From contig CM076000.1 in assembly GCA_038087875.1 (NCBI GenBank), positions 992,001-1,056,000 on the forward strand: a stretch of 64,000 bases of DNA, in the 5' to 3' direction. The notes under the pieces are model-generated. The model worked only from the letters and a program-made list of their open reading frames with translations, did not search any database and was not told the DNA's origin. The stretch is from Malacoraja senta (taxonomy: Eukaryota). Every line of letters begins with the position of its first letter. The stretch's first letter is position 1. Positions 12,658 through 25,254 of this stretch are shown piece after piece. The position numbers and the translations under genes were made by a program.

Positions 12658-14293
12658 TGATGGGAACTAAACCTGTGCTCTAAATATGGACTAGTTTGAA
12701 TTATCTTATGAATTTCTTTTTCACATTGCTATTTATCTTTAACAATGATATTGTCTCTGAAATATGAGATGTGCCTTATAACAGGTCTGCCTTTTAAGTT
12801 TGATGTAATCCGAATGTTCAATTGAATAATTTCCTTTAAATTAAGTTTTACAATTACATTTAGTTGTTGGATATTGTGCAACCTGTTCAATATCTTGTCA
12901 TTTAAGAAAGTAATTACTGCCAACTGCACATTTCAGCTAATCAATTATTTAACCATATCATGGACCTAGAATACACAAATTTATTACTCACTACCCTTGC
13001 ATATTAGCCCCAGCTCCTTGCCTGTGTTATCTACAACTCAAATACATGATTCTATCTCAGTTTGGTTTTCATTCCCTGCTGTCTGCATTATGTAAAGAAG
13101 TCTTAGCTGCTGTTTTCCCATTCTTCACATTAAACATATAAAAGCCTTGCCATATTGCAACACTCTCTTTGCACAGGTGTACACCGTATTTGGTGCAATT
13201 AATTCAAATCCTGTCAACTTATCTCCCTTGTGCTCATGGTCCAATATTAACTCTTCCAAAGCATTGCCTCAAATTCAATGTTTGTATTGGGTTACAAACC
13301 CTCCATTACATTTTGCTCTCTGATTTCTATAACTTCCTCTAATTCTATAATTTTTGTCAACTCTGCACTTCTCCAATTTTAGCACCTTCTCCATCAAAGA
13401 TTTTACAGTTTCACATTAATGTCTAACATTAACAGGTTCTAACTTTATCTCTCTCTAGCTCACTTGTTCCTCTGTTTCCAAAACACCCTGGTTCTCTTTC
13501 ACTCTGAGACTCCCTGACTCTCCAACAGTCTGAGCATCTCTACGATTATTTCTTGCTCTGAGACTTTCTTTCTGCTTTTTTCCACTTCCACATTCTTTGG
13601 AAGGAACTGTTTCTGAATTCTGGCCTCTCCTGCAACAATGATTTTCTTTACTGCACAGATTCACAGTCGCAGCTGCTTTTTGGGCTAGTCTAAAACATGT
13701 CCTAAAAACCCTGTTATCATATTTTGTCTGTGATCCTACTGTAACAAGTCTTCAGAGTTTTAAACTTTTACTTGATTACAAACAAATGCAAGCTGTTTTA
13801 ACTGATATTTTACTATTATTGGGGGGAATGAGCAGACATTTTATAAGAAGCTACAGGCAATGAGAAAAAAAAAATCTTTATTTTGTGGCGATGAATAATG
13901 GGTACATGTTGGCTAGCAATTCTATGGATAATATTCAGGGCATCTTTAACATCCTGCACCAATAGAATAGGGCCTCTATTTAAAGTCAGAAATTCATCCA
14001 GAGGGATTTTTCTCTAGTCCCTTGCCAAATAAGTTGCATGCAATCTGTTGGTCTTCCTGTTCAGCCCTATGTTATCACGTTGGGATGGTTAACCCTTCTT
14101 CAGACAATGAAGGATGTACTTTCAGATTGGCCAGGAAGAGCTAAGTGTACTCTTGAGATCCTAGGTCCAACCTAAGTCCAATCTAGTCTCTTCATCTTCT
14201 ATTTAGCATTTACATAATAAACTCAACCGTGTATTGAATTTATGATGGGCATTATTCCAGCCAGCTTTTGAGAGGGGGAGATTTAAACAGTGG

Positions 14294-14935
14294 AAACATA
14301 GAAACATAGAAAATAGGTGCAGGAGTAGGCCATTCGGCCCTTTGAGCCTGCACTGCCATTGAATATGATCATGGCTGATCATCCAACTCAGTATCCTGTA
14401 CCTGCTTTCTCTCCATACCCCCTGATCCCTTTAGCCACAAGGACCACATCTATCTCCCTCTTAAATATAGCCAATGAACTGGCCTCAACTACCTTCTGTG
14501 GCAGAGAATTCCAGAGATTCACCACTCTGTGAGAAAAATGTTTTTCTCATCTCGGTCCTAAAAGATTTCCCCCTTATCCTTAAACTGTGACCCCTTGTTC
14601 TGGACTTCCCCAACATCGGGAACAATCTTCCTGCATCTATCCTGTCCAACCCCTTAAGAATTTTGTACGTTTCTATAAGATCCCCCCTCAATCTTCTAAA
14701 TTCTAACGCGTACAAGCCGAGTCTATCCAGTCTTTCTTCATATGAAAGTCCTGAGATCCCAGGAATCAGTCTGGTGAACCTTCTCTATACTCCCTCTATG
14801 GCAAGAATGTCTTTCCTCAGATTTGGAGACCAAAACTGTACGCAATACTCCAGGTGTGGTCTCACCAAGACCCTGTAAAACTGCAGTAGAACCTCCCTGC
14901 TCCTATACTCAAATCCTTTTGCTATGAATGCTATT
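14294..14935 (-). mobile_element. CR1 LINE 3' end (young)
   Basis: LEFRRLRGDLIETYKILKGLD; tail (gaaacata)n. Confidence 0.9.
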
Positions 14936-15419
14936 TTGCTATGAAACAAAGCCTATCTTTTAAAAGATCACCAGGACTTTGCCTCATTCACAACTTCTGG
15001 ATATTGTCCATTTAGACTCCCTCACACTCATCATGATGGGAGATAATCAATGCTAGTCTATTTCTATCCGCTCTTTTTCTCGTATCTTTAAATGTATCAA
15101 TAAAATCACAACAAATTAAGCCCAGTGAAAAAATATATAAATAGGATAAAATGAATAAGAATATTAATTGCATTTTTAATTTTCTATACCCTCCATTACT
15201 TGAAAAACCACGCACAGCACTCCAGCTTCATTCTTACTGACATTTTGTGCATACACCATTGCATCTCCACTTTTATTTCTTAATGTTATGCCATAATATT
15301 CATTATTATAAAATGTGCCTTTACATAGCCTTATCCATTGCAGGTATTCTGTTTAATGAATTATGAATAAGAATATGGAAAGAAGAGGTATTGGGATATA
15401 TTCTGGAAAGGAGGGAAAA

Positions 15420-15995
15420 TTCATAAGACATATAAGCAGAATTTGGCCATTTGGCCTATCTAGTATATGCCACCATTCAAACATGGCAGATCTATCTTTC
15501 CCTCTCAAACACATACTCCTGCCTTCTTCCTATCACATTTGACACCCCTACTAATCAAGATCTTACTATCAATTTCCACTTTAAAAATACACAGACTTGG
15601 CCTCCACAGCTGTCTGTGGCAATGAATTCCACAGATTCACCACCCTTTGGCTAAACAAAATTCCTCCTCATCTCCATTTATTCTGAGGCTGTGCCTTCTG
15701 GTCCAAGATTCCCCCACTAATAGAAACATCCTCTCCATGTTCACTTTATCTAGTCCTTTCATTATGCAGTACGTTTCAATGAGATCTCCCCTCAATCTTC
15801 TAAACTCCAGTGAATACAAACCCAGGGCCGTCAAAAGCTCATCATATGTTAACCGGGATCATTCTCTGAAATCTCCCCTTGATCCTCTCGATGGCAGCAC
15901 AACCCTCCTCAAATATAGGGCACAAAACTGCTCATAATACTCCAAATGCAGTCTGACCAGTGCTCTATAAAGCCTCCGTATTACATCCCTACTGA
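15420..15995 (-). mobile_element. CR1 LINE 3' end
   Basis: LGLYSLEFRRLRGDLIETY. Confidence 0.85.
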
Positions 15996-16296
15996 GGAAA
16001 GCTATAAATAAGATTACTATGTTAAACTGCCACATCCAAAACAATTCAAAGGTTCTTTATTTGTCACATACACCAATTGGTGAAGTGAAATGTGTATTTC
16101 CATTGCAGCACATTAAAAAGAATACAACATACCAATAATAAAGAAATGTAAACATAAAAACATCCCCCCACAATGGTTCCCATTATGAGGGAAGGCGCAA
16201 AGTCCAGTTCTCATCCCCATGTCCACCGATAGTCGGGCCTATTGAGGCAACATTTCGCAACATTTATTGGTGAAAATAAAATGTCTTGCCTTCCTG

Positions 16297-16332
16297 GAAC
16301 AACAACTTGCACAAACAGAATTCAGCAAAAAG
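16297..16332 (+). pseudogene. NMS: Decayed NMS exon EQQLAQTEFSKK
   Basis: Resembles AAVDFTKK; donor AAG|gtagct is retained but the acceptor reads ccttccTG instead of AG. Confidence 0.65.
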
Positions 16333-16401
16333 GTAGCTCCATGTTTTTTTATGATATAATGTTTGTTTCTATTGGATAAAGAAAATTCCTGAATGTAACA
16401 T

Positions 16402-16446
16402 GACTTTGAATAAACGCTCTGGAAAAAAACATTCCTTCCTTTTAGA
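16402..16446 (+). pseudogene. NMS: Decayed NMS exon DFE*TLWKKTFLPFR
   Basis: Aligns to DHTATWGRPFFLFR; in-frame TAA at 16411; acceptor AT (16400-16401) and donor AT (16447-16448). Confidence 0.65.
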
Positions 16447-16561
16447 ATATATTAACTTTGTCACTAATTTTGGAGTAGTTAAAAGATAAAGTATTGCAAT
16501 TAATATCCTGATGTTATTTTTAATTACCCTTGTTTCTTCTATAATTTGTTGTTGATTCTAG

Positions 16562-16600
16562 CCTCATAATGGAAGAAATCCTGATGTATACTCACGATAA
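16562..16600 (+). CDS. NMS: NMS exon PHNGRNPDVYSR* (PRN-G-R amidation exon, R changed to H)
   Basis: Good acceptor ttctag|; PHNGRN matches PRNGRN; stop TAA at 16598-16600; weak alternative donor gtatac at 16586. Confidence 0.7.
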   Translation, partial: PHNGRNPDVYSR

Positions 16601-16696
16601 ATGAAACATCTCAAATGTACGTATAATACAGCTTTTAAATTTCAAAATATAGTCCAAATGTAATAAATAAACATGTTTATATAGGAAGGCTACATG

Positions 16697-16880
16697 GACA
16701 ATAGACATTAGACAATAGGTGCAGGAGTAGGCCAATCGGCCCTTCGAGCCAGCACCGCCATTCAATGTGATCATGGCTGATCACCCCCAATCAGTACCCC
16801 GTTCCTGCCTTCTCACCATATCCCCTGACTCCGCTGTTTTTAAGAGCCCTATCTAGTTCTCTCTTGAAAGCATCCAGAGA
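16697..16880 (-). mobile_element. CR1 3' tail fragment
   Basis: (gacaata)n tail followed by ggtgcaggagtaggcc. Confidence 0.75.
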
Positions 16881-17313
16881 GCAGATATTCCAAAGAAGTT
16901 TGAAGTTCAGGATGTGCGTCCTGAAGTTCAGGATGGGTAAAGGAATGATGGAATAATTGAAGTGAGAATTAGTTTCAAAGTTCTGAGATCCTGAAATAGA
17001 ATGAATTAGACTTGACTAGTTCATAGTCTTGTAAATGTAACCACAAGTACTTTCAAGTTTGGTACAAATCCATAAATTTATATTATGGGTAAAACGCAAG
17101 TCCAATTTCTACCAAACCTTCATATATATTTTCATAATGGTGAAAATGCCTACTAAATTGGACTGAGGTCCACTGAAAATGGTTTAATGCTTAAGGTCTT
17201 TGATAGGATGATCTGAGGATATTCAAAATATTAAATTTGCCTGCATTGTTATGTAGTACATTACTTTTCTACGATATGTTGCTTATTGTTTTTTTTTTAA
17301 ATTAATCATTTAG

Positions 17314-17478
17314 GAAGAAATGACTGGTTTCCAGCTGCAATCAATCTCCATTTTGCAAAGCATCTGATAATTATCAACTGCAGATGACACACCATAACTT
17401 TGGTTACATTACTTTAAATCACATTGTTGTAATATGTATCGGAAAACTAGTGATGTGCTTTCTACTGTGAAAAATAAA
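17314..17478 (+). other. Candidate NMS terminal exon (phase-0 reading EEMTGFQLQSISILQSI*, stop ends 17367) with polyA signal
   Basis: T-rich acceptor ...catttag| at 17313; AATAAA at 17473-17478. Confidence 0.4.
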
Positions 17479-18104
17479 TATTTCCTACAGCATTTGCTGT
17501 TATTTAATAGTGACGTTTGCATAAAATTCATGCCACTGAAATATTGGTCAGGTTATTTTGCTGGTTTTTCATACTGTTCACTTAGCACAACCACCTATCT
17601 GGCAGGCGTGTAAATAACTATCATTCATATTCAGTTTTACATCTAGAATGTCTGGAATTGTCTAATGTCTAATCATGCCATGCCAGTGTATCTATATTGG
17701 TGACACTGCATTAATTATGATACCTATGTGATTTCCTTCTTGTACATTATATGATGCAATTTTCCTATAGATTAGAGTTCCAAACCTAAGGACACAAGAC
17801 CAAATTTAGTCACAGGACTAATTGATAGATTAACCTATTGATGTGGATCTTTGAATCCACATGGTAGAAAAGGCCTCTGCGTGATTTCTCCCTGCTTTGT
17901 AGAGAGTGCATTTTGTGGAGAAAGTGAGTGTGTATTAATTGGAGGTTGAGAGCAGGACCATGGAAAGGGAAATGGTTGTCCAGCAGATATCCCAAAGTGG
18001 TTTGAAGTTCAGGATGTGCGTCCTGAAGTTCAGGATGGGCAAAGGAAGAATGCTGATCGGGTAAGAAAAATGATTGGAGGGTTGGGATTATATCAGGTGG
18101 AATA

Positions 18105-18400
18105 GGGCGCCACCGTGGTGCAGTGGTAGAGTTGCTGCTTTACAGTTCCAGAGAGCTGGGTTCAATCTTGATACGGGTTCTATCTGTAGGGCGATTGTAC
18201 GTTCTCCCTGTGACCGCATGAGTTTTCTCCAGTTACCTCCCACACTCCAAAGATGTACAGGTTTGTAGGTTAATTGACCGGTAAAATTGCAAAAATTGTT
18301 CCTAGTGTGTAGAATAGTGTTAGTGTATATGATAATCGCTGGCTGGGGCTGAATTGGTGGGCCGAAGGGACTGTGTCTGCACTGTATCTCTGAAGTAAAA
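18105..18400 (+). mobile_element. tRNA-derived V-SINE
   Basis: A/B-box head; gttctccctgtgaccgc...ctcccacactccaaaga core; CR1-like tail. Confidence 0.8.
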
Positions 18401-18564
18401 TTATGATTGTTAGTTTGGACCGATGATGGGAGGGGTCTAAGGGCACAGTCAATAGTGATAAAGAGCAATCTGTAATGATGGAAACAGACAACTCATGAAT
18501 GAACACCTCATATTATCAGTGGCACAGATCAAGCGGCATGAAAGTAGGCTTTAACCAGGCTTCA

Positions 18565-18870
18565 GGGCTGGCGCAGCTGGTAGAGCTGCTGCCTCAGTGC
18601 CAGAGAACCTGGGTTTGATTCTGACCTCAGGTGCTGTCTGAGTTGAGTTTGCACATTCTTCCTGTGACTACATGGGTTTCCTCCAGGTGCTCTGATTTCC
18701 TTCCACATCCCAAAGACATGCAGGTTTGTAGGCTAATTGGCCTCTGTGTGTCCTACTGTGTAGGTAGTGGACAAGAAAGTTGGAGAACATAGAACTATTG
18801 TGAATGGTGATCAATGGTCAGTTTGGGCCGAAGGGTCTGTTTCCATGCTGTTTCTCCAAATTAAACCAAA
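18565..18870 (+). mobile_element. tRNA-derived V-SINE
   Basis: gagtttgcacattcttcctgtgactacatgggtttcctccaggtgctc core. Confidence 0.8.
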
Positions 18871-18989
18871 CTGTCCACTATGATCTGATATAATGTTCAC
18901 ACAAGCCTCATGGTCTTATATAAAATGAACGATGTGTGCTATTTGACAGCATTACACATATCAAAGAGCCTCCATGTGCTTGCATGTCA

Positions 18990-21900
18990 CATCAGGTAAG
19001 CTTATTGTTATGAACAAGTATGGTGAAATACAGATACAGTGTCAATATTGCTTGTAGCAGTATCAAAGGCACACAGCCAACACACCAAGACACAAATTAT
19101 ATTTGAATTACACAAATTCTACAAGACAATAAGAAGAAAAAAGACTACATAAAAACAAGACAGTACAAAACACAATTAGAAAACAAGGCCATGGGGGTGC
19201 AAGAGGTGATCCATAAGGTAAGGTGGGAATAGGTTTGTGCATATGTGTTGTAGGTATATAACTGTTCCTGAATCTGGTGGTCTGAGAGTTCAAGCTCTAT
19301 GCGAAGGTAGAAGCAAGTAGAGGGCCCAGCCTGGATTGTGGGGATCATTGATGAGAGATAGCAACTCCTTGCAACAGCAACTCATGTAGATGCTTTTGAT
19401 GGTGAGGAGGGCAGTGGTTCTGATGGGCTGTGCAGAGACCACTGTTCTCTACACCCTCTTGCATTCTTAAACCCCTGTCTCACGGTGCGAGTCCACCCAC
19501 GAGTGATCCCGAGTTAAAAACAAATCAAACTCGTAATCTCGTAGAATTAACATAGCGGGAACGTCGGAGCTCGTGGACGTAACACAGTGACTCGTAACGC
19601 TAACGGCAGGTACTCGGGAAACTTGTTAACTCGTGAAAAATTTTCAACACGTTGAAAGATTTCCACGAGTCAAATTTACTCTTGAAGGAAAATGTTGAAA
19701 CTTTTAAACTCGTTGTAATACCGTAGTAGCCCGTGAGTTTACTGTAGTGACTCGTGAGTTTACCGTATTAACTCGTGGGTACTATCTGTATGTTTATGTT
19801 GTTTTTTGTGTTTACGTGTGGAAGCTGTCGGTTTTAATCAGCATTGTCTACGGCCCATCGTTAAAATGCATCAGTCTCTGTGATATTGGAGTCAATTCCC
19901 CGCAACTGCTTGGCTTTAACGGAGAGCTCCCGAAGCAGAAGGCGTCCCGATATGAATAATGACATGTTTCACTTAACTAAACACAAGACCGGACAGCAAA
20001 CACATATCAAAAGTTAAAACTATGCGCCCGGTTGGAGAGTGGGGATGGTGGAAGAGGAGACAGTTCACATACACCAGCGTCAAATACAGTCCCGAGAATT
20101 CATGCAGCTACGCAGTAGGGGAAAAAAAGTGGACAAAAATATATATTCCGCTCGGTAACCCGCCCCAGACCTGAATGCCAAAAAATACCGATAAATAAAT
20201 GAATGTGATTTTAAATATCCAGCTGATATTTACACCGTGAAAGTTTTAACATAAAAAATTACGAAAATGGTGTAAGCTCCGAAGACGTGGGTAGGTTAAT
20301 GGCCTTGGTGTAAATGTCAATGTGCGGGGATTGCTGGTCGGTGCGGATTCTGTGGGCCTGTTTCCACGCTGTATCTGTAAAACTAAAAACTAAATAGAGA
20401 ATATGAAGGACAGTAGGGAAATAGGCCCAGAAATTTCAGTAGTGTGAAGAAGGGGATCTGGACCCGAAACGTGGGGGACAATAAATAGGAAGAGCGGCGT
20501 GCTTTGTAACTTTGTCAGCGCCGTAGGTGACTGCTATTCGTATACATTGTGTATGCAAGCAAATAATTTCACCGTGCCTCGTCACATGTGACAATAAATT
20601 ATTCCTATTCCTACTCCTTTTCTCCAGAGATGCTGCCTGAGTTACTCCGGCTTTTTGTGTCTACCTTCGGTGTAAACTGGCCTCTGCAGTTCTTTCCCAC
20701 ACATCCTTGCGTGTAACGTGACCGACTCTGGAATGGGCGAGCAAGCCATTCGGTCAAGGACATTGGCCTTGTCAATAACAGCCAGATACCGATATATGAA
20801 TAAATTATTTTTTTTGCCAAACACAAAAATGTTGGAGGTCTTCCAGCATTTTATTATTTATTTGTTCAAGATTCCATCACCTGCAATCTCTTGCTTCTCA
20901 ATGTCACTAAGTTAGGTGGCGCGGCGGCACAGTGGTAGAGTTGCTGCCCCACAGCGCCAGAGCCCGGGTTCGATCCCAACTTATGACTTTGCCATCAGCC
21001 AGGCTTGTGCTGGAGCTGTCGGGCTGGGGTGACTGTAGGGATCTGAAAACTTTGTTTCCCAGGGCTGGGGTGAGTGTGAAAGAGGTGGTTTCTGGGCAGA
21101 TCTGCCCAATCAGCAATGTTTTGAGCCGCTGCTTTTTATACAGTTAAGTCGCGATGGTAGGACGGCTGCTCTGACGGACATGCTGGGTGAGTAGTGAGAC
21201 ACACACTGCTATCCCTCTGGTCTACGGACCTTGCTGTCAGGCGAAAAAATAACGTTATTGTTCAATTTACCTAATCTTTTTGTTAGTTTACCAACGTTTT
21301 GATGGGAGATAAATTAAGGGAATAAAACAATCTTACTAGACACAAAAAGCTGGAGTAACTCAGCCAAGCCGGCAGCATCTCTGGAGAGAAGGGTCAAAAA
21401 GTTTTTTCAGTCTGAAGAAGGGACTCGACCAGAAACGTCACCCATTCCTTCTCTCCAGAAATGCTGCATGTCCCGCTGAGTTACTCCAGCATTTTGTGTC
21501 TATCTTCGGTGTAAACCAGCATCTGTAGTTCCTCCCGACACAAAACAGCCTATGATTGATGCCAGACCTTGAACATATGCAGTTCAAATGGACTTTTGAA
21601 TGCAATTTTGGAAGGATTGTTTCTTGAAACAAACTGCTCTAAATGTTTGAAGGAAGGAATTGCAGATACTAGTTGAAACTAAAGATAGACACAAAATGAT
21701 GGACTAACTCAGCTGGTCGGGCAGCATCTCTGGAGAAAAGAAATAGGTGATGTTTCGGGTCGAGATCGTTCTTCAGGCTGGGTCTTTTTATAGTGAAAAA
21801 AAACCTGCATGACATCATTTTTACCATAAGATGATTTTTCCACACGTCGGTAGTCGTTGTTGGCTCAAGAGTAACTCGGGAGAGGAACTTGGTAATTCGG

Positions 21901-22520
21901 GAGAGGTACATCGCAGAAATGAGAAGTAAACGGCAAACTTAGACATACACATGGGAACTCGTTTTAACTCGTGAACATAAACTTGGAATCTCGTAGACAA
22001 CCACGAGTTTGATTTTTTCTTTCACTCGGGATTACTCGTGGGTGGACTCGCACCGTGAGACAGGGCCATTATGCATTGGAATTGCTGTAACAGGTTATGA
22101 TGCACTCTGTCAGGATTCTTCTCACCGTGCATCTGTAGAAGATTGTTGGAGCAATTACTGGACCTATTTATACGTCTATGAATGTAGAGCAACTGGCACC
22201 CCATTGCGTGATTACATCTATCTGCTAGGCCCAGGACAGATCATCTGAGATGTTCATGCCTGGGAATTTGAAGCTGCCAACTGTCTCTATTGCTAATAAA
22301 CCAATGAAAGTTAGCAATAGCACCTCACAACTTCCCCTTTCAGTCAATAATTTGTTCCTAGGTTTTGTTGGCATTAAGTGAGAAGTTGTTATTGTGACAC
22401 TACTGAACCAGGTGTCTCACTCCTGTTCACTGACTCATCACCTCCTGTAATTCGGCCTCCTACCGTGGTGCCATTGATGAATTTATAGATGGCATTGGAA
22501 CTGTGCTTGCTCAATCCAAG
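18990..22520 (-). mobile_element. Old Rex1/Babar-like LINE 3' portion split by the Harbinger element
   Basis: TTRFRNSY.P C-terminal motif (ORF 19108-19293); sequence is continuous across the TTA TSD. Confidence 0.55.
19470..22068. mobile_element. PIF/Harbinger-type non-autonomous transposon with nested insertions
   Basis: ~60-bp TIR CCCTGTCTCACGGTGCGAGTCCACCCACGAG...; TTA TSD (19467-19469 and 22069-22071); the flanks rejoin as one LINE. Confidence 0.85.
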
Positions 22521-22659
22521 ATGCTGCTTGATTGGGTGAATCTTTGTTTAATAATCCGACATCTGCAGATTTTTTTGATTTCCAGACCCTCCTTACTCTT
22601 GTTCTCCAATCCCATTTCAATAAAGATTATATCATTTGCTTTTCTAATTTTCTGTAACA

Positions 22660-23800
22660 GTAACAGGCACAGCACCAAACCCTGAGGCACACCATTAGTC
22701 ACAGGTCTTCAGTCCGAGAAGCAACCGTCCACCATCACACACTGCTTTCTTCCATGAAGCCAATTTTCTATCCATTCAGCTATCTCTCCTTGGATCCCAT
22801 GCGGACTAACCTTCCAGAGCAGCCTATCATGTGGGACCTTCTTGAATGCTTTGCTGAAGTCCATAATACAACATCTACAGCTCTGCCTCATCAACCTTTG
22901 TGGTCACATCTTCAAAAAATTCAATCAGATTTGTGAGACACGAACTCCCACGTACAAACCCATGCTGACTATCCCTAATCAGCCGTCGTCCTTCCAAATG
23001 CATGTATGAATGAATTAATACTTTATTGTCACATGTGACAAGTCACAGTGATATTCTTTGTTTTGCACACACAAGATATGCAGAGTAGCCACATAAAGGG
23101 TGCCAACAAAGTATATCCTATCCCTCAGAATATTCTCCAGTAACTTTCCAACTACAGATGCTAAGGTCACGGGCCTACAGTTCCCAGCGTTTTCCCTACA
23201 GCCCTTCTTGAATAGAGGCACAAGATTTGCCACCCTCCAGTCTTCTGCCACCTCTCCTGTATTTAATGACGACTCGTAAATTTCAATTGGTTTCAATTTC
23301 CTTTCTGGTTTCCTACAGTGTCCTCGTGTATATATGATCATACCCGAGTGATTTGTCTACCTTCAAACACGATAGGATCTTCCGCACCTCTTCGACCATA
23401 ATACTGATTGCTCTCAAGACACTTCCATTGACTGCCCCAAGTTCTTCCATCCTCCTGTCTTTCTCGGTAAAAACAGGAGAAATACTAATTGAGGACCTTG
23501 CTCATCTCCTGTAGCTCCACACAGAGTTGACCGTTTTGATTCCTCAGAGGTCCCACTTTCTCTCTGGTTAACCTTTTTCCCTTTATGTATTGATAAAATC
23601 TCTTGGGATTGTCCTTAATCCTTTCTGATAGAGCTATCCTGACCCCTTTTTGTCCTTCTGATTTCTTTTTTTAGTTTACTCCTTTGTTCCTGAAACTCTT
23701 CCAGGGAATCACTTGATCCCAGCTGCCTATACCTGTCCCATGCGTCCTTCTTATCCTTGACCAATGCCTCAATTTCCCTCATCATCCAAGCATGTTCTGC
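22660..23800 (-). mobile_element. CR1 LINE ORF2 fragment
   Basis: EDWRVANLVPLFKKG, MDFSKAF.KVPH, GVPQG. Confidence 0.85.
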
Positions 23801-24377
23801 AAATCTCAGTGTAGACAGTTCCATGCTTTTCCAGGACACATCAGTTTTGTTGCTAACATGGATAAAGGGCAGAGCTGGTAGAGCTGCTGCTTCATAGTTT
23901 CATTCATCCATGTACAATCCTGTGTTCAGGAGCTGTCAATGAGTACTGTGCACCTTCTGCCAGTAACTGTGGGTGCTTCCCACAGCTACGATGACTTTCT
24001 CCCACATCCCAAAGATATGCTGGTCGTCAAGTTATTGGCTGCTAGGAATGGATGGAAGGGGAGATTGGGGATAATTGGGGAGAGTTAATAGAGATGTGAG
24101 AAAATATAATTTAATTCTCTCACATGATTGGGCTGCAGTGACAGATGGCATGAGCTTGATGGGCTGAACAGCCTCCTTCTGTGTCAAAAGATATAACAAA
24201 AAAGTTGACCTGTAAAGGCAGTCCAGTTACAGCACTTGATATCAAGGATACACAGAGCATAAAAAAAGACAATTGTTGAAGGTCACATAATTCAGAAACA
24301 GGATACAAATGAAAGGGTGAATTTGAATTGTCAATAACTACACACTAGTTGATATCACCCAATTGTAGAGAACAATT

Positions 24378-24648
24378 CTTAGTTCAGTTTAGAGATACAG
24401 TGCGGAAACAGGCCCTTTTGCTCACCGAGTCCATTTATTAGCACTATCCTACACACTAGGGCCAATTTACAATCTTTACCAAAGCCAATTAACCTACAAT
24501 CCTGTCTATCTTTGGAATGTGGGAAGAAACCGGAGCAACTGGGGAAAAACCATGCGGTCACGTGGAGAACGTACAAACTCGGTACAGACAGCACCCGTAG
24601 TCAGGATCGAACCTGGGTCTCTGGCGCTGTAAGGCAGCAACTCCACCG
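24378..24648 (-). mobile_element. tRNA-derived V-SINE
   Basis: Reverse-complement core and B-box (ggatcgaacc). Confidence 0.8.
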
Positions 24649-24712
24649 TATTTATAAGATTACAAATGATAAATGATTTCAAATACTATTTTTATGTCTG
24701 ATTTTTACATGG

Positions 24713-25231
24713 TGTGAGGAAGGGGTTAATAGGTATAAGTTGATTTAGACAAGAACCCTTTGTATAGTAGGGGGTGGATGCACGAGTACTGATGGTGACT
24801 TTTTCAAGGATGAGAACAAAGGAGATAAGAGACAGTCCGGGATAGAACTAGGGTAAGGGTCATGAGCAACTTTCTGTGCGCATGGACAATGAACTTACAT
24901 GAATATGTACACACACCCACTATGACAAGATGCCTAATTTAAATGCACATGCGATGCATGATATGGGAGGTGTCTTTGACGTCGGGTGGACGTTCCAGGA
25001 CGTTCTCGTGGGAATGTGGGCTTTATGTTATGATTGGAAGAAGCTCAATGGGGAGGGATGAGGGTGTGACAATGATACCCATGAAATGTATAAAGATAGA
25101 AGACATCCCGATCCTCGGTGTGCCTCTAGGGGACATCAGAGGAGAGGCACCTATTCTGCAGAATATGATTTAAATAAAAAGCTTCTTTGCCGACTTTGTC
25201 TCTAAAAGCGTTTGTGATTTTGAATCTCACA
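24713..25231 (+). repeat. ERV 5' LTR
   Basis: TGTGAGG...CTCACA; TATA-like gtataaa at ~25088 and AATAAA at ~25173; about 5 mismatches to the 3' LTR by eye. Confidence 0.95.
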
Positions 25232-25235
25232 ATTT

Positions 25236-25254
25236 TGGGGGGCTCGTCTCGGGA
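25236..25254 (+). promoter_or_regulatory. Primer-binding site, tRNA-Pro type
   Basis: TGGGGGGCTCGTCTCGGGA versus canonical TGGGGGCTCGTCCGGGAT, 4 nt after the LTR. Confidence 0.8.

Noticed and set aside
14054..14068. FLFSP-encoding stretch as an alternative NMS core exon
   Set aside because: No donor after it, no Arg, and it reads better as a chance pyrimidine tract.
15329..15343. 15-nt AG/GT-bounded micro-exon candidate (PYPLQ)
   Set aside because: No similarity to NMS or NMU and no other support.
18105..18190. tRNA-like A/B boxes
   Set aside because: SINE heads continuing into V-SINE bodies; no cloverleaf.
24943..25173. 76-aa ORF repeated at 30388-30618
   Set aside because: Lies within the LTRs; the duplication reflects LTR identity only.
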